A stretch of DNA of 64,000 bases from Methanotrichaceae archaeon (GCA_963748825.1 CAVVKN010000025.1:1-64000); one strand, 5' to 3'; numbered from the stretch's first letter, positions 30,920 to 39,613 are shown. Translations and numbers: made by a program. Notes: generated by a model not told the origin, from the sequence alone.

Positions 30920-31475
30920 TCTCAGGCCCGACCGGCCTCCTGCCCGCCCTGACGACAACGCAGCAACCCCGAACGGCCCGGACCACATGCGTCGGCCACG
31001 AGCGCAGCCGGGAGCCGGGCAAGGGAGCCACGTTCGAGCGGCTACCGGGCGCTGCTGCCCACAGCCCCGCAAGGATGACGATGCTGGAGACAACCTTGAA
31101 GTCTGCCAAAACGTCTCTGTGCGCTTCTCGCACCTCTGCGTTTTTCTTCTCGTAACCTCATATTTTACTTCTCCCGCTACGATTATTAACCGCAGAGCCG
31201 CAGAGTTCGCAGAGCCTCGCAATCTACTTATTTGTCTACACTTGAAAAAAAAGTGTACTGTGTCTGAGCAATAGTCGTCTCCGTCCGTTCGTCCTCCGCG
31301 TGCTCTGCGCCTCTGCGGTTCGATCCGTAGCTGCTAGGTTATAATTTTCATCTAATGATAATAGGAAACGGCGATCGTTTCCCAAAATCCAGCCCGCTCT
31401 GACAACAGCGCAGCAACCCCGGACGGCCCGGCCCGAGGACAGCAGGCACGAGCGCAGCCCGAGGCGAGAGGCAGA
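30920..31475 (+). repeat. Inter-cassette repeat copy 3 (longest; contains inverted-repeat element 31188-31320)
   Basis: Aligns by eye with 32982-33390 over several blocks, e.g. CCGGGCGCTGCTGCCCACAG, GCTGGAGAC, TCTCTGTGCG, TGATAATAG, AAAATCCAGCCC. Confidence 0.85.
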
Positions 31476-31525
31476 CGGGCGAGCTGCAGAAAAATCTTAT
31501 ATACTTTTAGGATAAACATTATCTT

Positions 31526-31750
31526 ATGTCAACTTCTGTTTATAGCGTTCGCATTGAAGATCGTATACGCCGGATGATGGATGAGATGTCTGATGTCAAT
31601 TGGCAGGGAGAGATCAAGCAAACCGTGGAGAGAATGGTTCGGGAAAAGAAGAAAGAAAGGCTCCTGGCCGAGGCTCAGGAACTGTGGAAGCATCAAGAGC
31701 CCAATGCAATCGGTGCTGCGGAGATGATACGGGAGGATCGAGATGCTTGA
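31526..31750 (+). CDS. VapB-like (RHH-type) antitoxin
   Basis: SVRI N-terminal strand, VNW, AAEMIREDRDA tail; overlaps PIN gene. Confidence 0.8.
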   Translation: MSTSVYSVRIEDRIRRMMDEMSDVNWQGEIKQTVERMVREKKKERLLAEAQELWKHQEPNAIGAAEMIREDRDA

Positions 31751-32153
31751 TAAGGTAGCTTTGGATTCAAATATCCTGGCATCTATGTTTTTCAAAGAGG
31801 ATGCCTCTCAAAGAGCTCTGGATGCAGTCACCAAACCGGATTTGATCACTCTGGACCTGGCAGTGATTGAGGTTGGAAACGTTGCCTGGAAACAGGTGAC
31901 TCTATTCGGGAAGGACAGGGATCTAACTCTCAATGCTCTGCAGAAATGCCAGACATTTATCTCCGAGGCGTGCGATGTCGTCAGAGCGCAGGATATGATG
32001 GCGAAGGCATATGATATCTCGATTGTTACTACAGCGTCCTTTTATGATTCCCTCTTTTTAGCCCTGGCAGAAAAAGAGCAAGTCCCTCTATTGACTTTGG
32101 ATAAGAAACTGTACAATAAAGCTAATTCTTCATTTAATGTGCAATTGATTTAG
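31743..32153 (+). CDS. vapC: VapC/PIN-domain toxin
   Basis: LDSNIL, EVGNVAWK, FYDSLFLALA, LLTLDKKL. Confidence 0.9.
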   Translation: MLDKVALDSNILASMFFKEDASQRALDAVTKPDLITLDLAVIEVGNVAWKQVTLFGKDRDLTLNALQKCQTFISEACDVVRAQDMMAKAYDISIVTTASFYDSLFLALAEKEQVPLLTLDKKLYNKANSSFNVQLI

Positions 32154-32199
32154 CGTGCATGATTGAGATGTCGTGAAGTTATTGGAATCTAATGTGGCC

Positions 32200-32250
32200 T
32201 CACCTGGCTCCTCAGGCCCGACCGGCCTCCTGTCCCGAGCGCAAGCGAGA
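32200..32250 (+). repeat. Inter-cassette repeat copy 4 (short)
   Basis: CCTGGCTCCTCAGGCCCGACCGGCCTCCTG...GAGCGCA. Confidence 0.7.
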
Positions 32251-32372
32251 GTGCAGTTCATGCCCGAATGAAATTGTATTTGATTTCTCTACTCAATGGA
32301 GAATTGCTCATCAAGACCCAAAGGTTAAATGCCTTAAACAGTATTTTAGATTCATAAAACAGGTGCATTTTA

Positions 32373-32597
32373 ATGAGCGGCGGGGTGCATTCATTGAGCT
32401 TTCAGGATCTAATCGAAGCTGTAGAGTCCATGCCTCTGGAAGATCAGTCCATGCTGGTCGAGCTGATCAACAAACGCATCATAGAGAAACGCCGGGCCGA
32501 GCTGGTAGCTGAAGTCCAGGATGCTAGGAGTGCGTTCAAAAGAGGCGAGGTTAAACGGGGCACATTTGAAGACCTGATGAAGGATCTGTTAGATTGA
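32373..32597 (+). CDS. Putative antitoxin
   Basis: Small helical protein overlapping RelE-type gene; GEVKRGTFEDLMKDL tail. Confidence 0.75.
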   Translation: MSGGVHSLSFQDLIEAVESMPLEDQSMLVELINKRIIEKRRAELVAEVQDARSAFKRGEVKRGTFEDLMKDLLD

Positions 32598-32878
32598 ATA
32601 CTCTTGTCTGGAGCCCTGGCTTCAAAAGATCCTTCAAGCACTCAATACGACGCAGGCCTGATCTGCAAGAGAAAATTGAACATGCACTGAAACTGCTCGC
32701 TACTGATCCACAACACATCTCTCTTCATACTCATAAATTGAAAGGGGACTTGGCAGGTTCTTGGGCTTGTACGGTCGACTTCGAATATCGCATAGTATTT
32801 GAGTTCGTGCGAGATCCAAAGACTCAAGAAGAGATCATCCTGCTTGAAGCAGTGGGCACGCATGATGAAGTCTACTAG
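32594..32878 (+). CDS. RelE/YafQ-like mRNA interferase toxin
   Basis: FKRSFK, LHTHKLKGDLAGSWAC, YRIVF, VGTHDEVY. Confidence 0.88.
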   Translation: MNTLVWSPGFKRSFKHSIRRRPDLQEKIEHALKLLATDPQHISLHTHKLKGDLAGSWACTVDFEYRIVFEFVRDPKTQEEIILLEAVGTHDEVY

Positions 32879-32981
32879 TTTCAAGCCCTCAAATGTATTA
32901 GCTAATAGTAACTGAAAATCGCCACCATTTTAGAATTCAGCCCTTGAAAAGCTGCTTTACTTTATCCCATCTCGATGTGAC

Positions 32982-33390
32982 TTCAGGGCCGACTGGCCTC
33001 CCGCTCTCCCGAGCACGAGTGCGTACGTACGGTCCACCTGTCGGACGATGCCGCCCCCCAGACGGCGCGGCCCACGGGCGACGGCCCCGAGCGCAGCCGG
33101 AAGCCGGGCAAGTCAGTCACGGTCGAGCGGCAGCCGGGCGCTGCTGCCCACAGTCCCGCATGGATAGAAAGGCTGGAGACTGCCAGGAATTCTTTTCAAA
33201 AGTCTCTGTGCGTCCTCTGTGCGCTCTGTGTCTCTGTGGTGGGATCGTTGGTTGTTCTGGTATAATTTTCTGCTTATGATAATAGCAAACTGCCATCGTC
33301 TCTAAAATCCAGCCCACGAGCACGCGCGTGCGGACAGGTCAGCCTGGCGGAAGGCAACGCAGCCCCGCAAGGCCCGGCCACGGACGGCGG
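32982..33390 (+). repeat. Inter-cassette repeat copy 5
   Basis: Homologous to copy 3 as listed there. Confidence 0.85.
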
Positions 33391-33477
33391 ACATTTTAGC
33401 GAAACTTAGGTGTAAGACAAGAGCAGCTTCAAAGGCTAATAAGAGCGAAAGGCTTTATCTGATCAGGGATAACAATT

Positions 33478-33741
33478 ATGCTGATGTTTGCGGAGTACAT
33501 TAAAGCGGCAATGGATAAAGCGACCTACGAGATAATCGACGATCCTGAGCCCTTTTATGGTGAGATTCCTGAGATTCAGGGCGTATGGGCGTCAGGAAAG
33601 ACGCTTGAGGCTTGTCGGGACGACCTTATGAGTGCTCTCGAAGATTGGATAGCGTTCCGCCTTAGGACAGGAAGATCTATTCCCTCGATCGGTGGAACTT
33701 CAATTTCCGTCTCATCGGAGCCGATTAGCGTTGTCGAATAA
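33478..33741 (+). CDS. hicB: HicB-family antitoxin, paralog of 29487-29750
   Basis: Same length (87 aa); MLMF.EYI.AAM..ATYEIIDDP...EP.S.VE. Confidence 0.88.
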   Translation: MLMFAEYIKAAMDKATYEIIDDPEPFYGEIPEIQGVWASGKTLEACRDDLMSALEDWIAFRLRTGRSIPSIGGTSISVSSEPISVVE

Positions 33742-33855
33742 ACTTACTCCCGTTTCCCGACGTGAGCTTGTAAGACGATTGAGGAAATTAGGATTTGATG
33801 GCCCTTATCCAGGATCTAAACATGAGATCATGGCCAAAGGAGACATATCTATCTA
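33731..33855 (+). pseudogene. hicA: 3'-truncated HicA toxin
   Basis: SNKLTPVSRRELVRRLRKLGFDGPYPGSKHEIM, then loses IPNPH and C-terminal helix at ~33850. Confidence 0.8.
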
Positions 33856-34138
33856 TCAAGCTCTGCGGTCTCCCAGACTTGTTTGATGTCAATTCCAAAG
33901 TACTGATGCACGAGAATGTTCCTTAAGCCTACAATGTCGGCCCAAGGAATATCCTGATTGCATTCCGTCAAATCATCTGACAGGTGATTCGAAGCTTCGC
34001 CAATCACCTGAAGATGATGAATTATCCAGACTTGCGTTCGTTCGTCTTCGGCATAGGCCTGATAGCCAATAGAACATACTTCCCAATCTTTTCTATGGCC
34101 TCGTTAATATCACGCAGCCGCTCCTTGTCATCCCTCAA
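33850..34138 (-). pseudogene. HepT/DUF86 toxin, frameshifted and 3'-truncated
   Basis: RDDKERLRDI...; LQVIGEA...IPWADIVGLRNILVHQYFGID in a shifted frame; ends at the hicA junction. Confidence 0.8.
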
Positions 34139-34426
34139 AGGGGCACCGCCTCGCTCAGGACTCTGTCTCGAATTCGCTCTCGCAGGCCACGGTCACTAAC
34201 TACATCGACCTTGATTTTCAGTAGGGATTCAAGCTCTCGGATCATGGCGGAATGGCTAAGCAAAGTTGCGCCTGGAATAAACTCTACCAGGATATCGAGA
34301 TCGCTCTTTGAGTCTGCCTCTCCTCTGAGCAACTGAGCCAAAGATCCTGACATTGCGAGCGCCATGCTTTGCAGCAATCTTTAGAATCTCCTCTCGCTTT
34401 TCATTCCGGAGATCTTCAATACGCAT
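34135..34426 (-). pseudogene. MNT antitoxin with frameshift near 34328
   Basis: [33 protein letters not shown] / [16 protein letters not shown]...VDVV. Confidence 0.85.
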
Positions 34427-34554
34427 AAATTATTATCTGCCGTTCAAGAAGATCAAAGCTTCGATCCAGATGGTTGCGTTGCATAGCGGCGACATCTCTT
34501 TCCAAAGAATCCCGACACCAGGAAAGACCCTTATCAGGCCCCAGCTCTACCTGA

Positions 34555-34680
34555 ACCTCAGGCCCGACCGGGCCTCTGCCCCCGATTGCTAGCGCTTGCC
34601 AAGTAATCCAGCCCGCCCTGACGAAAACGCAGCCCAGGCTGGGCCCCACGGGCGGCAGGCCACGAGCGCAGCCCGAGGCG
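34555..34680 (+). repeat. Inter-cassette repeat copy 6
   Basis: CTCAGGCCCGACCGGGCCTC, AATCCAGCCCGCCCTGAC, GCCACGAGCGCAGCCCGAGGCG. Confidence 0.8.
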
Positions 34681-34820
34681 TGCGATGTCGTCAGAGCGCA
34701 GGATATGATGGCAAAGGCATATGATATCTCGATTGTTATCTTCATTTAATGGGCAATTGATTTAGCATGCATGATTGAGATGTCGTGAAGTTATTGGAAT
34801 CTAATGTGGCCTCACATGGC
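34673..34820 (+). pseudogene. Internally deleted second copy of vapC 3' part and downstream flank
   Basis: Near-identical to 31963-32028 joined to 32127-32208. Confidence 0.9.
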
Positions 34821-34997
34821 ACATATAACTAATATTATATAAACACTAGGATATAATGTGCCCTGCCACCATCACTAACTAATGCGATTGTGCCATTGAT
34901 TGTTGATATCCTGTATATTTTCTTTACTAAACTCCGTTTTGTGCGGTCATTTTATCTATCATGAAAAGAATATTGTTCTCAATGAGCGTGTAACGAC

Positions 34998-35396
34998 ATG
35001 ACTGAAACAATCGTAGAATCAATATTTGGCGTGAATGCTGGTGCCGTATGGCGAGCACTTAATCAAAATGGTCCAAGCAACATTGGCGATCTTGTGAAAA
35101 CTACATCCATGAGCCGTGAAGAAGTCTATGGTGCTCTTGGGTGGCTTGGTCGCGAGAACAAGATCGCCATAGAGAAGCGCGGACGGGCAATTGTATTCTC
35201 ATTACGAGAGTCAGAAGGACGTTCGGAAGCATCTAAGGGCAAAACAATAGGAGATTCTGTGCTACAAGAGCAAACAACGCATCATACAAGAGTTCTGCCA
35301 AAGAAGACCACAAAAGCAAAAAAGACTGCAGAAGCTCGCAAGGTCAAAGCCCCGCTCAAACAAAGCGAAAGGAGCGATGAATTTCTACTTCATTAG
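34998..35396 (+). CDS. DUF2582-like winged-helix protein with Lys-rich tail
   Basis: GVNAGAVWRAL...YGALGWLGRENKI. Confidence 0.85.
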   Translation: MTETIVESIFGVNAGAVWRALNQNGPSNIGDLVKTTSMSREEVYGALGWLGRENKIAIEKRGRAIVFSLRESEGRSEASKGKTIGDSVLQEQTTHHTRVLPKKTTKAKKTAEARKVKAPLKQSERSDEFLLH

Positions 35397-35498
35397 TTGT
35401 TATACTTGCTACAATTAGGGTGAAAGCTGCGGGCAAACAGGAGACAGAGCGCATGGTGACTTCCAATTTCGCCAGGCAAAATATCGAAATGTTTCACA

Positions 35499-35792
35499 AT
35501 GCAGTCTCGATTGCATAGCAGGAAGAAGAATAAGGTTCAATCTGAAACATGGAGGCGTATGTATAGTAAAATTAGCAATTTTGCCCGCATGAAATATGTC
35601 CTCATCGCCATTCTTCTGTTCCTCATTGGGTTGGTCCTGATGCTGACATTCTTCCTGATGATTACAGTACCTTTTGCTCTAGCAGCTTGGGCCTGGGGAG
35701 GGATATTCCTTTACCTAGCCGCAATGAGAAGACCTTACAGCGACTTTGCTGCAACATTAAGATGGCATAAATCACGCAAAAAATATGTGTAA
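35499..35792 (+). CDS. Small two-TM membrane protein
   Basis: Hydrophobic hairpin with basic flanks; start uncertain. Confidence 0.5.
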   Translation: MQSRLHSRKKNKVQSETWRRMYSKISNFARMKYVLIAILLFLIGLVLMLTFFLMITVPFALAAWAWGGIFLYLAAMRRPYSDFAATLRWHKSRKKYV

Positions 35793-35833
35793 TATTTTTC
35801 ATTTAATTATTTGCTACTTTGGCATCTATAGCC

Positions 35834-36232
35834 TTAATCTGGTGGACTGTCTTTGAAGCACTCTATTTCGATGGTCACGTTCTTGATATGCTCTTTTAAC
35901 ACATTAATGCGACTTTCCAATAGGCGTTTCAAATTCTCTGGCATGATAGAATCATAATCTATCGGTGCAACATATCCCATCTCGCCATACAAGAGCGGGA
36001 TCTCACCGGGTAGTGATGGTTCATTCCTATCAACTATGGAAAAATCACCCATAGATGAGAACAAACCAACTGGTTTATTTTTATCTTTATCGGGCTTTGA
36101 AACTTGAACTTTTCCTTTGATCAATAATTCATTAGTCGCTTGCTCTGTTGTCATTTTTTTGCCATCTATATAGACCCACTCGCCTTGGGGGCTTCCATAG
36201 TAGACTTTCATATCCATTTCTAAACTCTCCAC
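35834..36232 (-). CDS. Hypothetical protein
   Basis: 132 aa AT-rich ORF with ATG start. Confidence 0.55.
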   Translation of the reverse strand: MESLEMDMKVYYGSPQGEWVYIDGKKMTTEQATNELLIKGKVQVSKPDKDKNKPVGLFSSMGDFSIVDRNEPSLPGEIPLLYGEMGYVAPIDYDSIMPENLKRLLESRINVLKEHIKNVTIEIECFKDSPPD

Positions 36233-36470
36233 TAATTATCAATAGCAGTCTAATGCTAAATATCTTTCCTCAAAAATGTTCCAATCTAAAGTTCATTGCA
36301 GTGTGTCATATCTTGTGGCAGATATTGGGGATAACTACCGCACTACCCGTATGAGGAGGTAAATCGCAATGATCAACCGCATTACTTGGGCAGGCAGTCA
36401 TAGTTTCAACTAGCTGCTGATTACATGTTTGGGGAAAAATCGCAGGAAAGAAAAAAGAAGATATTATGAT

Positions 36471-37163
36471 CTAAATGTAGACCGCTGTTCCCGGCTCCAC
36501 GTAGATTATCTTCTGGACTCCTTTCTGGAAAAACATCGTCTTCGGGTAGTTGAATTGACCGTCGTAGACCCGGATATCGTGGTTCCGGTTGCCGACGACA
36601 CGCAGGCTGAACCTTCCATCAAGCAGATCTCCTCCCGTTCCCTCAGTGCCGATGTAATTGCCATCTAGGAATATCTGATACCCTCGCATGCCTTGAGATA
36701 CTATTGTAACTGGTGTATCTCCCGTGGCTACAACTTGTGGCTGAGTAGTTGTATATACGGGAGCAGGAGATTGGATCGCCGAACTTGGTGTGCTCGATAT
36801 TGGATACACCCTAAACGATGATTTTGTTTGTGCATAATCCATCGTTTCAGACCAGTTCTTTTGGAATGGGTCCCAATTCATACCAGCTAGAGAATTCAGT
36901 CTGAAGTCCGAATAATAAGGCTGTGGAATATAGGGATATACGCCATATGGTCCTGGATATTTGACCCCACCCGAAGTGTACCAAGGGAAGTATTGAATAG
37001 GAGTATCGAGCCAACGAACCATGCCAGCGATCCCGGGATCTATCCCCGAACGGTCGAAACTTCTAACATATCCTCCTTCCAGCCACTCTTGCCCACATGC
37101 TGTAGCGATTAGCAAGCATACGGTGAAGGCTGTTATACATAGCAATTTAATTCTGGACATCAT
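36471..37163 (-). CDS. Secreted hypothetical protein with PEGA-like C-terminal domain
   Basis: Signal peptide; QIFLDGNYIGT. Confidence 0.65.
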   Translation of the reverse strand: MMSRIKLLCITAFTVCLLIATACGQEWLEGGYVRSFDRSGIDPGIAGMVRWLDTPIQYFPWYTSGGVKYPGPYGVYPYIPQPYYSDFRLNSLAGMNWDPFQKNWSETMDYAQTKSSFRVYPISSTPSSAIQSPAPVYTTTQPQVVATGDTPVTIVSQGMRGYQIFLDGNYIGTEGTGGDLLDGRFSLRVVGNRNHDIRVYDGQFNYPKTMFFQKGVQKIIYVEPGTAVYI

Positions 37164-37348
37164 ATGATTTCACAAAAAATTATTGGCTCTAATGGAATTT
37201 AACACTACCGATAATCTTATTAAATTATTTTGTACCATTTAGAAACATATATCTCCAATAGTTGAATGCCTTCACAGGATGAAAACCAAAGAATGTACAC
37301 ATTTACCATGTATATTTTTATAGAGGAATTGCAGACTTTTTAGGTATT

Positions 37349-37564
37349 ATGACAGAACCTACAGTTGAATCCATTTTTGGCGTGAATGCCGGTATCGTCT
37401 GGAAAACACTCAATCAGAATGGTCCAAGCAACATTGGCGATCTTGTGAAAACTACATCCATGAGCCGTGAAGAAATCTATGGTGCTCTTGGGTGGCTCGG
37501 TCGCGAGAACAAGATTACCGCGGAAAGACGCGGACGGGCAATGGTCTTCTCATTGATCCAATAG
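37349..37564 (+). CDS. DUF2582-like winged-helix protein (short paralog of 34998)
   Basis: DNA nearly identical to 34998-35205 over long blocks. Confidence 0.85.
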   Translation: MTEPTVESIFGVNAGIVWKTLNQNGPSNIGDLVKTTSMSREEIYGALGWLGRENKITAERRGRAMVFSLIQ

Positions 37565-37602
37565 ATTCGGATATAATCTGACTTGAAATCGAGGATAAAA
37601 GA

Positions 37603-38157
37603 ATGATCCATCCATTACGCATCTGTCCTTGGTGGCTTGCACGAGCTTTAGATAACCCAATTCGTAAGCTCATCCACAATCCAAAAAAGATCCTCAGCAG
37701 GTACATAGAAAGAGGTGAGACAGTTCTTGATATCGGATGTGGATCAGGAACTTTCACGATTTCAATGGCGAAAATGGTTGGAGAGAATGGCAAAGTCATA
37801 GCTGTAGATATCCAGGACGAAATGCTCCAAATCGTGAGACAGAAGGCGGCCAAGGAAGGTCTGGAATCCCGCATAATCACCCTTAAGAGTGAGCCAAAAC
37901 GAATAGGGATAGCAGAAAAGGTTGACTTTGCCTTGGCTTTCTATATGGTCCATGAAATGCCAGATGTAGAGGCTTTTCTCAAGGAGATTGCCACCATTCT
38001 CAAACCCAACGGTGAGCTACTAATCGTTGAGCCTATGCTTCATGTTTCAGCATCATCGTTCAAGAAGACGTTGGAGGCTGCTCAGTTGGCGGGATTGAAG
38101 CAGACCTCTGGGCCTACGATACGATTCAGCAGGAGTATGCTGTTTCAATTGGCCTGA
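37603..38157 (+). CDS. Class I SAM-dependent methyltransferase
   Basis: VLDIGCGSG, VIAVDIQ, ILKPNG. Confidence 0.9.
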   Translation: MIHPLRICPWWLARALDNPIRKLIHNPKKILSRYIERGETVLDIGCGSGTFTISMAKMVGENGKVIAVDIQDEMLQIVRQKAAKEGLESRIITLKSEPKRIGIAEKVDFALAFYMVHEMPDVEAFLKEIATILKPNGELLIVEPMLHVSASSFKKTLEAAQLAGLKQTSGPTIRFSRSMLFQLA

Positions 38158-38234
38158 GGATGTGGGTATCATCATGACACTAATACAATTAAAGGCAGTT
38201 AAAAGCAAAAATCGATATCTAAAGGTTTATTAGG

Positions 38235-38319
38235 TGCGGGGGATGGGATTCGAACCCACGAACACCTTCGTGACTGGACCCTGAATCCAGCGCCTTTGAC
38301 CTGGCTTGGCAACCCCCGC
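38235..38319 (-). tRNA. tRNA-Leu (anticodon CAG)
   Basis: GCGGGGG/CCCCCGC acceptor stem, CTGGA-TTCAGGG-TCCAG anticodon arm, long variable arm, GGTTCGAATCC T-arm. Confidence 0.97.
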
Positions 38320-38710
38320 AAAAGATGCAGCCAATCTCATGCAGTAGTAGTATTTAACAGTATTCGTAAGGACCGCCGGGCATCCGCCGAGGAGTCTTTC
38401 GCTCCATCGGTCTGCAGCCTGGTCTTTTCAGCTTCCTCGCGGTCTCGAATGGCCGGGTTTGAAGTCTGCTCACCATAAATCAATGTCTTTTAGCAGTACT
38501 CTGTGCGCTCTGCGACTCTGCGTTTTTATTATCAACCACTAATTATTAGCAGCCATGCGCGGCTCCTGGCTCCTGGACGCGGCAGGCAACATCGTTGCCG
38601 AGCCAGAGAAATTGAACAAAGAAAAGCTAGCCAGGAGACCAAAGGCTTCCTGGGCCAGCTAATTGCATATTATTGCAGGATAATGAAAATGACGTCTTTC
38701 GCCCAATCGC

Positions 38711-39613
38711 TCAGCTTTTGACTGCCAGCATCCTCTCAATCGACCGGCGCGCCCTCACCGCAATCTCCTCCGGCACCGTGACCTGCGGTTGCAGGGTCTG
38801 CAGCGCTCGCAAGACATTGACCAGATCGGTCTTCTTCATATTCTGGCAGATGGCATTCTTGCTCAGTGGATAAAACTCCTTCTCAGGATTCTCCTTCTTC
38901 AGCCGATAGATCATGCCCGCCTCCGTGCCGATTATAAACTCCCTGGCAGCGCTGGCTTTAGCATGTTTGCCCATTCCGGCTGTGCTGTAGGTGAAATCGG
39001 CCTGATCGATGACCTCTGGCCGGCACTCCGGGTGCACCAGCACCTCCGCATTTGGATGCTCCGCCCGGGCGGCCCTCACCTCTTCTGCTGTGAGGTTATC
39101 GTGAACATAGCAGTAGCCGTTCCAGGGAATGATCTTCTTCTCGGTATGGCGGGCCACGTAGGCGGCCAGATTCCTGTCCGGGACAAAGATGACCTCCTTC
39201 TCGGACAGTGAGTTTACCACTTGCACACCATTGGCGGAAGTGCAACAAACATCGCTCTCCGCTTTTATCTCAGCCGTGGAGTTTACGTAGCAAACGACGG
39301 CAGCTTCCGGATGGAGGTTTTTGAGATCGCAAAGCTGTTCGGGCGTGATCATGTGGGCCATAGGACACCAGGCACCCTTCACAGGCAAAATGACCTTTTT
39401 TTGCGGGGAGAGAATGGCCGCGGTCTCAGCCATGAAGTCCACTCCACAAAAGATAATGACCTCCGAATCCAGGCGGGCTGCTGCGCGGGAGAGCTCCAGG
39501 GAATCGCCCACCAGGTCGGCTACATCCTGCACTTCGGGCATCTGGTAGTTATGGGCCAGAATGGTCGCCTGGCGTTCCTCTTTTAAAGCGAGAATATCTT
39601 TTGTCATAGTCAT
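38711..39613 (-). CDS. nadA: Quinolinate synthase
   Basis: ILAHNYQ, GDSLEL, CGVDFMAE, YVNS, HPEC. Confidence 0.96.
   Translation of the reverse strand: MTMTKDILALKEERQATILAHNYQMPEVQDVADLVGDSLELSRAAARLDSEVIIFCGVDFMAETAAILSPQKKVILPVKGAWCPMAHMITPEQLCDLKNLHPEAAVVCYVNSTAEIKAESDVCCTSANGVQVVNSLSEKEVIFVPDRNLAAYVARHTEKKIIPWNGYCYVHDNLTAEEVRAARAEHPNAEVLVHPECRPEVIDQADFTYSTAGMGKHAKASAAREFIIGTEAGMIYRLKKENPEKEFYPLSKNAICQNMKKTDLVNVLRALQTLQPQVTVPEEIAVRARRSIERMLAVKS

Noticed and set aside
29136-33323. ORFs overlapping the GC-rich repeats (e.g. 29136, 29225, 30009, 30827, 30987, 32192, 32944, 33117) and the 5' extension of ORF 30140
   Set aside because: Arise from stop-poor repeat sequence, frames differ between copies, no protein motifs
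29277-34680. CRISPR array interpretation of the repeats
   Set aside because: Repeats are long, degenerate and separated by whole operons rather than 30-40 nt spacers; no cas genes
29277-34820. Canonical class-type integron call
   Set aside because: No intI/tyrosine recombinase in the window and no clear RYYYAAC...GTTRRRY sites with extrahelical bases; kept only as an analogy
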